From assembly GCA_951406725.2 (NCBI GenBank), contig OX597823.1, forward strand, positions 93,868,001 through 93,932,000: a DNA stretch of 64,000 nt. Reading direction: 5' to 3'. The position numbers and the translations under genes are program-made. This document shows, in pieces, positions 11,613-24,840 of this stretch. The notes under the pieces are model-generated. The model was not told the DNA's origin. It searched no databases and saw nothing but the letters and a program-made list of their open reading frames with translations. This stretch comes from Octopus vulgaris. Lineage: Eukaryota. How positions within the stretch are numbered: position 1 is the first letter of the stretch; the number at the start of each line of letters is the position of its first letter.

Positions 11613-13417
11613 ATACCAACCCCGAAAAAACCAAAAATAGTGAATCTTTCTAACCTAAACCTGTCGACACCACAAATAAAAATCCTTTCAAGAGGACTAA
11701 AATTCACCCCAACTCCGCAATACCCTAACCTGAGGGAAATACAAGATGACATCTCACACTTTTGCAGAAAATTACGCCTCACAGAGGAATTTTTTGACAG
11801 GAAAACGAATAATAACGACGAATCAATGGTCTGTAACAAAAGCAACTATAATCCCATAAAAGGCAAAAACAAAACCTTAGACAAATTTTGCGATTACATC
11901 TCCAACTTCCCTAAACTCAAACCTAAACTCAACACCAGTAAAAGAGAATGGGAAATCATCCATACGCTACGAGACAATCATGACGTCACAATAAAGGAAG
12001 CTGATAAGGGTAGTACGGTCGTTGTTATGAATACTGAGCAATATAAAAACTCTGTATCTCTCCTTTTAGAGGATACCACATACTACGAAAGAGTAGTCGA
12101 CTACCAGCAATCCAAAACAATGACCAAACTGAAGGCACTCATTTACCAACACCGGAATGACTTGACAGCAAAGGAATGCGACTACATTACTAAATTTATT
12201 TGCAAAACCAGCACACTCTATGGGCTTCCAAAAATACACAAGTGTCAAATTATCACAGAAGCTTGCAAAATATCCACTTCAACCTGCATCACTATACCAC
12301 ATCCCACTGATCTCAAACTGAGACCAATAGTGGCAGGCCCAAGTTGTGAAACACACAGACTTAGCAACTTTATAGATATCATCTTAAAGCCAATACTGAA
12401 ACATATTCCAAGTATTGTAAGAGATGACCTGGACCTATTAAATCATCTCCCCAAACATGCCGATAAAGACACCTTAATCGTTTCTTTTGATGTTATTAAT
12501 CTTTACACCACAATCCCACATGAATATGGACTGGAAGCCATTAAATTCTGGCTGGATAAATATCCCAATGAGATCCCGGAAAGAATTAAAAAAGAATTCA
12601 TAATTGAGGGCCTCAAATTTATTCTGCAAAACAACTTCATGTATTTCCACAACAACACTTACAGACAGGTCTCAGGAACTGCAATGGGTACGAAAGTTGC
12701 ACCTACCTATGCAAACCTGGTGATGGCCTACCTGGAATCACATATCTATGAAAAATCCAAATATAAGTACGGCCAGTCTTTCCACAAATACCTGTTGGAG
12801 AACTGGAAACGCTACTTAGATGATTGCCTCATCCTATGGTCCCACACACTCGACCAACTTATAGACTTCAAAAACCTTATCAACAGTGTAAATAACAACA
12901 TTCAATTCACAATGGAATATAGTCAGGACCAACTCCCTTTTCTTGACATCCTAATCATTAAAAAAGGCGTCAACATTGAAACTGACATCCATTACAAACC
13001 CACTGACTCTAAACAATACCTTCTATTCACCTCCAATCACCCAAAACACACAAAGACAAATATCCCCTTCAACCTAGCGAGAAGAATCTGCACTATTGTC
13101 TCAAATGACACAACACGAAATAGAAGACTCCGGGAACTAAGGGCAATTCTTCTCGAAAGACATTACCCGGCATCACTAGTAGACAACGGAATAGAACGGG
13201 CCAAATCAATCAACATTCAAGACCTACGAAAACCCAAACACATCCACAGTACAGTAAATAGCCTCCCCTATCTCTCAACACAGAACCCAAGGAATGCGGA
13301 AGCTTACACTATTATATACAACAACATTCCACAACTAAATCAAGACCCACGCCTGAAAAAAATACTGGCAGCTCATAAAATAATAACAAGTAAGAGACAA
13401 CCTAAATCCCTAAAAAA
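11613..13417 (+). CDS. Penelope-like reverse transcriptase (track ORF 11640-13514; true frame leaves at the A7 run near 13411-13417)
   Basis: Motifs VNLS..LSRGLKFTP, IKEADKG, LYGLPKIHK, LRPIVAG, SFDVINLYTTIP, GTAMGTKVAPTYANL, RYLDD, LPFLDI, KPTD..YL..SNHP. Confidence 0.95.
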
Positions 13418-13869
13418 ACCTCCTCACCAACGCAAAATTACACAACACAAACCCACCGCCCACCATCAAAAAATGTGGTCGCCCCAACTGCAAGACCTGC
13501 ATCCACCTCATTGAGGGATCGTCGTACAAGTTCCACTCGGGACACACATTCATCATAAAAAATAATTTCACGTGCGCATCAAAAAATTTACTCTACGTCA
13601 TAAGGTGTGAAGGATGCCACGAAGACTACATAGGGCAAACGAGCCTTACCCTCAGAGAAAGAATGACAGTTCACCGACAACAACTGAGGGACCCCTCCAC
13701 AAGACAGATACCACTAAGTGGACACTTAGACCTTTGTGCACACAATAAGTCCCCCAAATTCTTAGTCTTCCCACTATACCAATGGTCGGACAACACCACA
13801 GACCAAACACGAATAAATAAGGAAAGTAATCTTATTCAAAAATACAGACCACAACTAAACATACTCTAA
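13418..13869 (+). CDS. Zn-finger linker + GIY-YIG endonuclease of the PLE, frameshifted relative to RT
   Basis: The shifted frame reads LLTNAKL..KCGRPNCKTC..FTCASKNLLYVIRCEGCHEDYIGQT..LRERMTVHR..GHL..KESNLIQKYRPQLNIL*; continuous with track ORF 13663-13869. Confidence 0.92.
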
Positions 13870-14019
13870 CATACCCCCTGGAAACACATCCAGAGCAAGC
13901 ACACAGGGACACGCGCACACTCACAGCATATCGTGCGGGCGGGCACATGCACGCATCGGCACGCATAGGACACACTAGCGGGCATTGACCGCACACATAC
14001 GTGGCATACACACGCATGC

Positions 14020-14302
14020 ATTATATATATGTAGGTTATGTATGTGTGTGAGTGTTGTGTGTGTGTGTGTGTGTGCACGTTGTGTGTGTGTGTGCGCGTG
14101 TGTATATATATGTGTGTGTGTGTGTGCACTGTGTGCGCGCGTTGTGTGTGTGTGTGTGTGCACGTGTGTATATATGTGTGTGTGTGTGTGCACGTGTGTA
14201 TATATGTGTGTGTGTGTGCACTGTGTGCGTGTGTGTGTGTATGTGTGTGTGTGTGTGTGAGCATTGTATACGTGTGTATGTATTTACATGTGTATTTGTT
14301 TT

Positions 14303-14333
<31 letters not shown>

Positions 14334-14529
14334 TGTGTGTGTATATGCATGGTATGTGTGTATATGTGAGTACATTGTTTGTGTGTGTGTGCGGTATGTA
14401 GAGATATATTTGAGTGTGTACGCTATAGGTTTGTAATTTGTGTGTGTGGGTGTGTGTGTGAATTTTTTATATATATATGTGTGTGTATGTGTGTGAAAAA
14501 ATATATGTATGTGCATGTATGTATGTATG

Positions 14530-14574
<45 letters not shown>

Positions 14575-15380
14575 GTGTGTATATGTATGTGTGTGTGTGT
14601 ATATTTATTTGCATGTTTATGCGTGTATAAACATGTGCATTATTTGCATGCACATTGGGTATATGTATATTGTATGTATGTGTATTGTATATGTATGTGT
14701 ACAATTAAGTGTATATATGTGTGTGTATGTGTGCATTGTATATATGTATATTGTAGGTGTGCCATATGTGCATGAATACATGTATATGCATTGCGTGTAT
14801 ATATATGTATGCATTGTGTATGTATGTTATGTGTGTGTGTGTTTATATATATTATATGTATGCGTACGTGTATGTGTATGCATTGTATGTATGTATATTG
14901 TGTGTATATGTGGTACATCTATGTATGTGTATGTAAACACTATTTATATGTATACATGTATATATGTATATGCATTGTCTATATATATATATATTATATG
15001 TATGTATTGCGTACGTATATTGCATGCATATATTGTGTATGTGTATTATATACATGCTGTATTTGTATATTGTATGTGCATATATATACTAGGTGTATTT
15101 GTGTGATATTTATATTATGTATGTATGTGTGCGTGTCTTGTGTTTGTGTGTGTGTGTGTGTTGTGTGTGTACGTGTGTTATATATATGTGTGTATATTAT
15201 ATATAAATACATGTTATATTTGTGTGTTGTGTGTATATATTATATATGTGGGTGCGTTGTGTGTGTGTGTGTGTGTTCTGTGTGTGTGTGTGTGTTGTGT
15301 GTATGTGGTGTGTGTTTGTATACTATGTGTGTGTGTGTGTGTGTGTTGTTGTGTGTGTGTGTGTGTATATATATGTGTGT
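14020..15380. repeat. Degenerate (TG)/(TA) cryptically simple tract inside the PLE 3' region
   Basis: ~1.35 kb of imperfect TG/TA dinucleotides between the endonuclease stop and the 3' pseudo-LTR. Confidence 0.9.
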
Positions 15381-15530
15381 GACAAACAGACGCTGCTTGA
15401 CCAGCAGGCACAGACACATCTATTCACACCCACATACTAACCTCCTGTTAACCCCAAAACCATTGATGCTTGAAGGGGAAGTATACACCACACTGGGTAC
15501 AACCTTTTTTCTCTCAATTCAACCTTTATG

Positions 15531-16022
15531 CTAAAACAAACAGGTCAGTAACAACATATTCTCGCCTTCAACTTAAAATATTCTGAGATGTAGAAAAAAT
15601 CCATTTTAATTTTTGCTGTCAAAAGATTGTATATATATACCAAAGACTGTATATATATACATGTAATGTGACAATTTGCGACAACCAATAATTAACGCAA
15701 CCAAATTTCCAATAATATATTTGTTTTATCCTTTTCTGCCAATTTTTCCAAATATTCTCATCACACTATTGAACTTCTCTGTTACCAAACACTATATTTA
15801 TACATGTAATGTGACAATTTTGTATAAAAAAACATTTTTGAATTCATAATATCCAATGTGACAATTATGTAAAAAACTTTTTTGAATGCATAATATTCAA
15901 TGTGACAATTATGTAAAAAATTTTTTTGAACCCATATTATTCAATGTTACTTTTAATATTACTTTTGACAATCTTTTACCAAAGAGTGAAACCGGTTAAG
16001 TAAATAAACATCGTTTAAATTG
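15531..16022 (+). repeat. 3' pseudo-LTR of the PLE
   Basis: Inverted copy of 9799-10257; ends with GAAACCGGTT..AATAAA. Confidence 0.92.
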
Positions 16023-16088
16023 CATTTTCAAACCTTTTTTCTTATATAATCCCACTCGTGCGATACCCCACAACTCAACTTTTTTATA

Positions 16089-16124
<36 letters not shown>

Positions 16125-16209
16125 CACACACACACATATATATATACATATATATTTATATATACATATATATACATACACACAGATATATATATACACA
16201 TACATATGT

Positions 16210-16257
<48 letters not shown>

Positions 16258-17315
16258 ATATATATTCTCGTGATATTCTCTTTGGTTTCCAGTCTAATTT
16301 GTGACAGACATCCCCTATAAACTTGCCGAAATTGTGAGGTATCACTCACTGCCTATCTACAGTCACACTTTACGTTTCCTGGCGCACCAGAGAGTGAATT
16401 ACTTAAATATAAAACAATCAGAGACACCTTCCGGAAATAAAAAGCGATAATTAACTTACTTCAAAAATGCTTCAGGACAGGAACTTTAAATATATTAGTA
16501 GAAATTGACAGGTGTTAAGAAACATAATTCTTATAAATTAATGATTATTGATATTTTTGATCATCCTATAATCAGGGGAGATAACTTCAGATATGTTGTA
16601 GTCCTCTTTAGCGAAACATAGCTTCTATAGTATTTGTTACTCTAGTAATATAATAAAGCAGTCGATAAATATTCAATACTATGTCCATACTCATGAAGAG
16701 AAGGAGTATTCTAAAGTGATATCAATGGATACATTGGTATTAACATACCCATGATATGGTCGTTTGGAAGGTTACCTTGAAATGAGCATAACGTGAGAAT
16801 CAATACGATATTCATCAATGTTCATTATTATTTTGTTTTTCCTTCTTTCTTCAAATTTTCTTCCGTTTCTCTCCGAGTGTTTTCCGTACACCTAGGGCAG
16901 AGAAGCTCATTGTGTGCATTCCTAGATTAGACATGCAAATTCAAGGGTAAAATATGTATTTAAAAAATGAATAAATAAATAAATTCATGGATAGATGTTG
17001 TTTTCACAGTCACAATGCTCTTCTCAGTACATGAGCCGTTCCAGTTATACGATTTTTTGCACTATTATTATTATTATTAGTCAAGACGAAGAGCGCGATT
17101 CGATTGTAAGATATTTTTTTGTTGAACGTTATTTCAACAGTAAGCCTGTCTTTGTCAAGTTCAAAATGAGAAGTGATAAAAATTCAAAATTATAGAAATT
17201 AAAAAGTAAAGTATGAACGAGAGCAACCAGCGTTCACACGTTGATGGCATGACATCATCAGTTTTTAAGCTATAATTTTGTGACAGGCGAAAAGAAAATG
17301 GCAGAAAAATTATCA

Positions 17316-17378
<63 letters not shown>

Positions 17379-18559
17379 TGGATAGGCACGGGGTAAAATT
17401 TCGGAAGTCTATATCGGTTTTGTTCAGCCCACCACGGCCATGTATAACCCTATTGCTTATGTCGTGTTGTATGTATATTGTTATGAAAATAAAGTGTCAC
17501 GTGATCGCTGCCATATCTATCACTGGCTCTAAAAAGAAATTAAACTTTCGTCTGCTAAACCTAATGTTTTTTTTTATTTTTACTTTTTTTCTTTATTCTT
17601 TTTTCTTCTTCTTCTGCTTGTTCCTTTTTGCTCTCTATTCTGATATGAATGTATTTGATTCTGCTCGTTTATTGATTCTTGGATGTAATAATAAAATATC
17701 TTCGGTATCGGTGCCTTCCATAAGATAAGTAAATAATCTTTGACAAATTACAACCGCAAAATCAAAAATAAAAGTAAAAAAAATACACACACATACAGAA
17801 ATAACATCAACGTTTTCTGCTAGAACCATAAATATCTGATAAATAGAGAGAACTCAAAGGAGAATGCAATGAAGAATAATTGTAGGAGAGCCGAAAATTC
17901 AATTATCTGAAGAGGAAAATAAGCTGTCGTTACAAAGTTGTAATTCAAAACCGAGGAAAATTTAGAAGGCAATCTTGGAAAACTCCATTAGTTATCTAAG
18001 TTTAGTGACTTAAAATGGATGAGAAGTAAAGAACGTTGAACGTTTCTATGTCAAGTTAAGTTTTGAGTTTGGAGAAAAAATACTCGAAAACTTTTAATCA
18101 CATTTTCATTCTTAGAAACCTTTTGATGACGGTAAAAGTTAGTGAAATACTAGATCACCGAAATAAATTTAGTATTTTGCAAATAAAATGTAGAAAACTA
18201 AACAAAACAGTGTTCTTCATCGGCATAAATCAGTCATTTTTCTCATTTGGATAAGTTCACTTGCAGTGGGAGGTTTGTATTTTATTTTCTCCGAACGACA
18301 TCTCTGCTATAGAAAGCATTGGTACCTTCGTCTTCTCATGACATACAAACTTATTCACGTATTCCCGTTAATAATAAATTGTTTGTCCCCTCTGTGTTTA
18401 GCCCCTTGTTGGTAGTAAAGAAATAGGTATTTCGTATGTGTGAGTTTGGATTTATTGGTATTGGTATTATTATTGGAGTGCGTCTTTATAGTAAGTGCAT
18501 ATTTCTATTGACTGTTCTTGTATTATTTCCTGTTATAATTATTTGCGTGATAGTCTTCG

Positions 18560-19230
18560 TTCGAAAACTATCCGTGTGTATTCCCATGTGGGGGAAACAT
18601 TAATTGCTTGTATCCGTACATTCGGGTTGAGAACGTTGGACAACTTCCAAAAGTCCTTGATCTGGCAATGTTACAGAGGAGCCTTGTCCGTTTCGGATAA
18701 GCTCGCAAGACATGGTAATCGTCAGTCGCCGACCTGTCCAAGATGTGGGAGAGACAGGGAAACCGTCCCTCACGCTATTGTCCAGTGTCCGGCGGTATCT
18801 GAAATGGGAATTTATATTGAATACCTGTTGTCCGGCGAAGGAAGAATACGGCTGTCGACTGAGTCAATTATAAAAATTTAACAAACGAGGGTAAGAATTG
18901 TTTTCTCATGTTTGTAGCGATAGCGAAAGAGGCAGTACGGAAGACTAGGATAAAAGGGATTAAGACAGGCAACTTTATCTCCGGCCACGATTTACGATCA
19001 TTTTTTACTTCTCATTTGAAAAGGAAGGTGTGGCTGGTTGTAGGAGAGGTGTCTATCGGAGAGTTTGTTCAAAAAGAGCTGGAAGCATGTTGCACGAGTG
19101 TTGTGCGTGCAGGGAACCGTGTGAATAGGCTATAAAAGAAAAACAAAAAAAAATGGTACCAGCGATAGATCGGGGTTTGTGGGGTCGGAGCGTGATCTGA
19201 TCACCGCTATATTTGGGTTGTCTCTGTATT
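18560..19230 (+). mobile_element. Tx1/L1-like non-LTR retrotransposon 3' fragment (zf-RVT region)
   Basis: 'LIWQCYRGALSVSDKL..TCPRCGRDRETVPHAIVQCP' matches the C-terminal CxxC..ET..H....C zinc-binding motif; broken by stops. Confidence 0.8.
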
Positions 19231-19664
19231 GTTAATTTCATTCGATTTTTTAAATATTTTATATAATTTTTATACTCATATTTTATGTAGAATCATAACG
19301 TATTACTGACTTAAGAAATTCGCTCCACAACAATGAAGTCTGAAGGGAAATTACACAGCAGGACATATTGGGTAGATATTGTCTTCTATAACGTCCACCT
19401 TATGCGTACCTGATGAGTTAAAATGGTTTTAGACAGAATTTATAGAAGCCTGTCAGGCGGATTGTACCACTAATTGAGAATTTATTACTGCATCACACCG
19501 ATTCCGTTTGAGAATTATGGTAAGGATATATGTGTATGTGGGACATTCAACTAGAGACGTTAATTCTGGACGAAGTAATTGAGTTGAGAGAACCAGTGCG
19601 GCTTCGTAGTTGAACGACGGATATCCACGACCACGAAGACTACCACGGCCACCAAGTTTTATTG

Positions 19665-20480
<816 letters not shown>

Positions 20481-21072
20481 AGATACATAGAGAGAGAGAT
20501 GATCTATATGACTGCAATCAGCCTTGAGATCTCGTTGATACACTGATCTTCCCAATGTAGAACATCATCTCTTTCCGCACAAGGTTTTACACCAAGAATC
20601 TTGCAACATGAACATATGTGCATGCGCGCGTGCGCATGTGTGTGTGTGTGTTAATGTTATATATTCACAGAAATATATACGAAACACAAATGTAGACATA
20701 AATGAAGTGAGAGGCTAAATCGAGAGAAAAAAATGAAAGACGGCCAACCGTAGAAGGACGGGGGAAGAAGACGATATTTATGATCGTCTGCCTAAGACAT
20801 TTCATAACAAGCTTTCACAAAATAGGTTTTTTTTTTTTTTCGTTTTTTTGACGAGTTCCTCAATATGAAATGTTGATTAAGAGACATTTATTTCAAAACA
20901 AACATTATTGATTTCAGTTGAAGGTTTGAGGGATCAGAAGCAACATATTTGAAGCTTCTAGCTTCGCACACCAGGCCTTTTAAACTCGTTAAAAGTTATC
21001 AGTAGGACAGCCGACAGCTTCTTTCTCTCGAAACATCAACACTGCTGTGTTTTGTATACAAACGGAAAATAA

Positions 21073-21115
<43 letters not shown>

Positions 21116-21449
21116 AGTAAAGAAACGTTCACAGCTTCTTATTGGCTAATGTGTTGATTTTTCCTTAAGAAACGTGTCGAAATAAATAAAAAAAAGAATT
21201 CAGTTGAATGGAAATGTGAAGAAGCGGGTGGGAAAATACTGCTTTATTCATATTTTGTTGAAGTCAAGAGAACAGCAACGTCCATTAAATACAAGACAGG
21301 AAGTATTCTAAAACTGATGTATACAAACGAATAGCGAAGATGTATGCATATGTCTGTATGTCTGCTTGTGTATAAGGATTGAGACATTTATATACATACA
21401 TATGTATATACAGAAGTAACTTTCTTTGACATATATATATATATGTATG

Positions 21450-21509
<60 letters not shown>

Positions 21510-21580
21510 GATAGAGATAGATAGATAGATAGATGGATGGATAGATAGATTGTTAGATAGATAGATAGATAGATAGATAT

Positions 21581-21651
<71 letters not shown>

Positions 21652-22179
21652 CGTATAAATATGTGTGTGTGTTTATGCATGTATACTTATATGTATATCG
21701 TAATTATATGTGTATAAAAAAAAAGAAACAGAAACTAGAAGATGAATCTGAAACAGGAAGTAGAGTTTAAAATTTATTTGAAAAGCAATGCTAGTAACTT
21801 CGAAGTGTGACCTGATGCAAGCTAAACGGATAGTGTTTTAAAAAAACCACCCAAGGTACGTAATATGATGAAGCAGAAAAAGAGCAGTAGTGAGCCATAT
21901 AATGAAATTAAAGCACATTTGAAGACAGGAATATTAACTGATGTACATATTACTGCTATAATTCAATACGAAGAGTTGGAGTTACGGAGAATTTTAGTAC
22001 AAATAAATAAAGGAATAAGAAAGGAGGAACTGTTTAATACATATCCTACCAGTTGTCTGGAGCATAACAAATTTGAAGTATTGTACCTGGATCTATATTA
22101 CTTAAAACAATGAGTTTTGAAGGAATATATATGATATGCTTTTTGCCATATATATACAATATACCGAACCGAATGTGGA

Positions 22180-22592
22180 TGTGCAATGGCCCAGTGATTA
22201 GAGCAGTGGACTCGCGGTCATTGGATCGCGGTTCCGATTCCCAGACCGGACGTTGTGAGTATTTATTGAGCAAAAGCACTTAAAGCTCCACGAGTCTCCG
22301 GTAGGGGTTGGTGGAGAACCCTGCTGTACTCTTTCACCACAACTTTCTTTCACTTTTCCTGTTCCTGTTGTGTATTTCAAAGGGCCAACCTTGTCACACT
22401 CTGTGTCACGCTGAATCTCCCCGAGAACTACGTTAAAGATATACGTGTCTGTGGAGTGCTCAATCCTCGTGCTTAACCCTCGTTAAAGGGTGCTCAACCC
22501 TTGTTAAAGAGTGCTCAACCCTCTTTCAAGATACACGTGTCTGTGGAGTGCTCAACTGGAACCCTCGTCGTCGTAACTGACGGAGTGCCACA
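22180..22592 (+). mobile_element. tRNA-derived SINE (family C)
   Basis: 'gcaatggcccagtgattag' (A box), 'ggttccgattccc' (B box), 'gttgtgagtatttattgagc'; small internal tandem duplications at 22457-22555. Confidence 0.85.
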
Positions 22593-23026
22593 ACGATTGA
22601 ACCGAATGACGCGCACTTCATCGCATAAGGTAGTTTGGTAGAAGTAAAATTTTCGCACTATTTTAGCAATATAGAGAATTAATTGAAGACATGAGGCATT
22701 TAACCAGATAATTGTGTTGCCAAATAAACTCATTAGCATTTTCCCATTTTTTTTATATATTTTAATCCTTTTCAATGTTATTTCAATTAAACACGAAAAT
22801 ATTGTTATCGTATCTTTTATGGTTGTTTGTAGCTCGTTTTTCTCTACACCTGTTGTTTATCGTTGTTGGAATTTCAATAAATCTTATCTCACATTATATA
22901 ATGATGATGAATTTCCAAGTAATAAAATAAAATAAACAAATTTCGTGAAAAGCCAATACTATATCCTATTTACTATATATTGTTCTAAGAGAACAATATT
23001 CGATCGACAAAATATACTTATATTTT

Positions 23027-23438
23027 GCCCAAACTTTGGCATAGAGAGTTACACAAATACTAGAACTGGGCGCCACTTCATAGTCCCAAGGACTCCAAAT
23101 CTGCCATCAAGATGTAGGACAAGATACTGCGATAGCTTGGGCTTCAGAGGTCCACAGCTCTTCAATATCCTTCCCAAGAACCTGAGAGACCTGCATGGGG
23201 TGGATGCAGATGTCTTTAAAATAAAGCTGGACCTCTTCCTGTCAAGTGTCCCAGATGAACCAACTTCACGGCAGGAGGTGCAGATGAGGGCAGCTGCATC
23301 AAACTTTCTTATGCACCAAATGTCAATTGCTAAAAAGCATTCGTGAAGTAAAATCTTGTAGCAACACTGAATGCGGTGACCCAGAATGGCCACAGCTCGT
23401 GAGCTGAAACTAGATGAAATGAAATGAAAAATGAAAAA
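23027..23438 (+). mobile_element. CR1/L2-group LINE 3' end fragment
   Basis: 'RTGRHF..SLGFRGPQLFNILPKNLR..FKIKLDLFLSSVPDEP' typical ORF2 C-terminus, short 3' UTR and (TGAAA)n tail. Confidence 0.8.
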
Positions 23439-24037
23439 CATAGTGATACTATATTAAATCCAATATCGTCTTGATCCCTCACGTCCCGATGGAGTCGTAC
23501 GGGCGTAAAATCCCCTATCGTGACAAACGATATATCTGTCATTTTAAACATAACAGAAGCCATCCGTTACCTTCTCTAACTACATCCGCTTTCCTTTAAT
23601 GCATTATCGGGTTAGTAACATCATTAAGCAAACATATCATATAATTATGAGTGTAAGTCGTTGTAATTGCACTGCATCAATATTAACAAGGTATTGCATC
23701 ATTAATGATCAAACGGCAAAGTGATTAGTGAAGCTCTGCATCAACATGACTTGAATTAATTAGTAAAGTTAATTAGAAGTGTACAGTGAACTTGCTAAGT
23801 GGAGTGGAAAATCCAACGCTTCGGAAAAATTCCTTCTTCAGGAATAAGTTGAAAGTAGAGAAATTAATGAGACGCAGCCGACGGTGCAAAGCCCTGCTGT
23901 CTCTCATTAATTACTTTCTTTTCAACGTTTTTCTGAAGAAGGATCTTGCCGGAAGCGTTCAAGTTTTCACCCCCCCCCCATCGTGAGTTCATTGCACTTA
24001 CTCCATTCATTTCATCGTATCAATAATAGTTATAGTA

Positions 24038-24260
24038 AGGTGACACGCTGGCAGAATCCTTAGTGGCATTTCGTCCGGGTTTACGTTCCAAGTGCAAATT
24101 CCACCGAGATTGACTTTACTTTTAATGCTCTCGAGGTCGATGTAATATATACCAGAAGAGCAGTGGGGTTGATGAAATTAGTACCCCACGGGCACAGAGG
24201 GTCGATGTAATAGACTAAAACCCTCCTCGCACATTCCAGCGTTTGTGCGTATAGTAGAAA
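24038..24260 (+). mobile_element. SINE family B, diverged
   Basis: 'ctggcagaatccttag..caaattccaccgagattgacttt..gaggtcgatg'. Confidence 0.7.
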
Positions 24261-24776
24261 ATATCATATATTAATACTAATTTATTTACAAGAGTATTAA
24301 AGAAAATATGTTAAAGTTATACCTGTGAGCCGAAACAAGCACAGTGGCTTTAAAGAAAAATTCTACTAAGTTTATGCTTTATATTGATCGAAAATAATAT
24401 TAGTAGATTAGATCAGCAAAATATCTTATAGTTAAATAATGATATATTATGGTTGTGGCATTAAATAAAAATACCATAGAGTTATATAATGATCTGAAAA
24501 TAGAGTTAGTGACATCAACAAACACATTTTGGGCTGCTTTCGATCAATATGTTTGTCTATAGCAGGCCACCGAGGAGACGAAACACTCTGATTTGGAAAG
24601 GTAAAAGAATAATAAAATAAAATAAAATAAGATACTTGTAAATGAAGCTTGTTGTCAGGACAAGCAGTCTAACTTGGTATTAGAGTCGCTAATAAAAAAA
24701 AAATGCAGAGAGAATAACCAGTTTAGTTTAGTCTTGTCTCGGGAAAGAAAGATAGAAAGAAAGAAAGAATGAATGA

Positions 24777-24840
<64 letters not shown>

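Larger units (their letters stand above)
9799..16083 (+). mobile_element. Near-intact Penelope-like retroelement (endonuclease-containing, Neptune-type Zn linker) with inverted pseudo-LTRs
   Basis: RT + GIY-YIG coding region, upstream ORF1, long inverted repeats at both ends, (TA)n on both flanks. Confidence 0.92.

Noticed and set aside
15570-16001. Possible giant-stem-II hammerhead in the PLE pseudo-LTR (CTGAGATG at ~15583, GAAACCGGTT at 15988)
   Set aside because: The 3' half looks right, but the 5' core does not fit CUGANGA and stem I is out of register; not supportable by eye.
19410-19420. CTGATGAG hammerhead core
   Set aside because: It lies in a decayed SINE body with no GAAA/stem partner.
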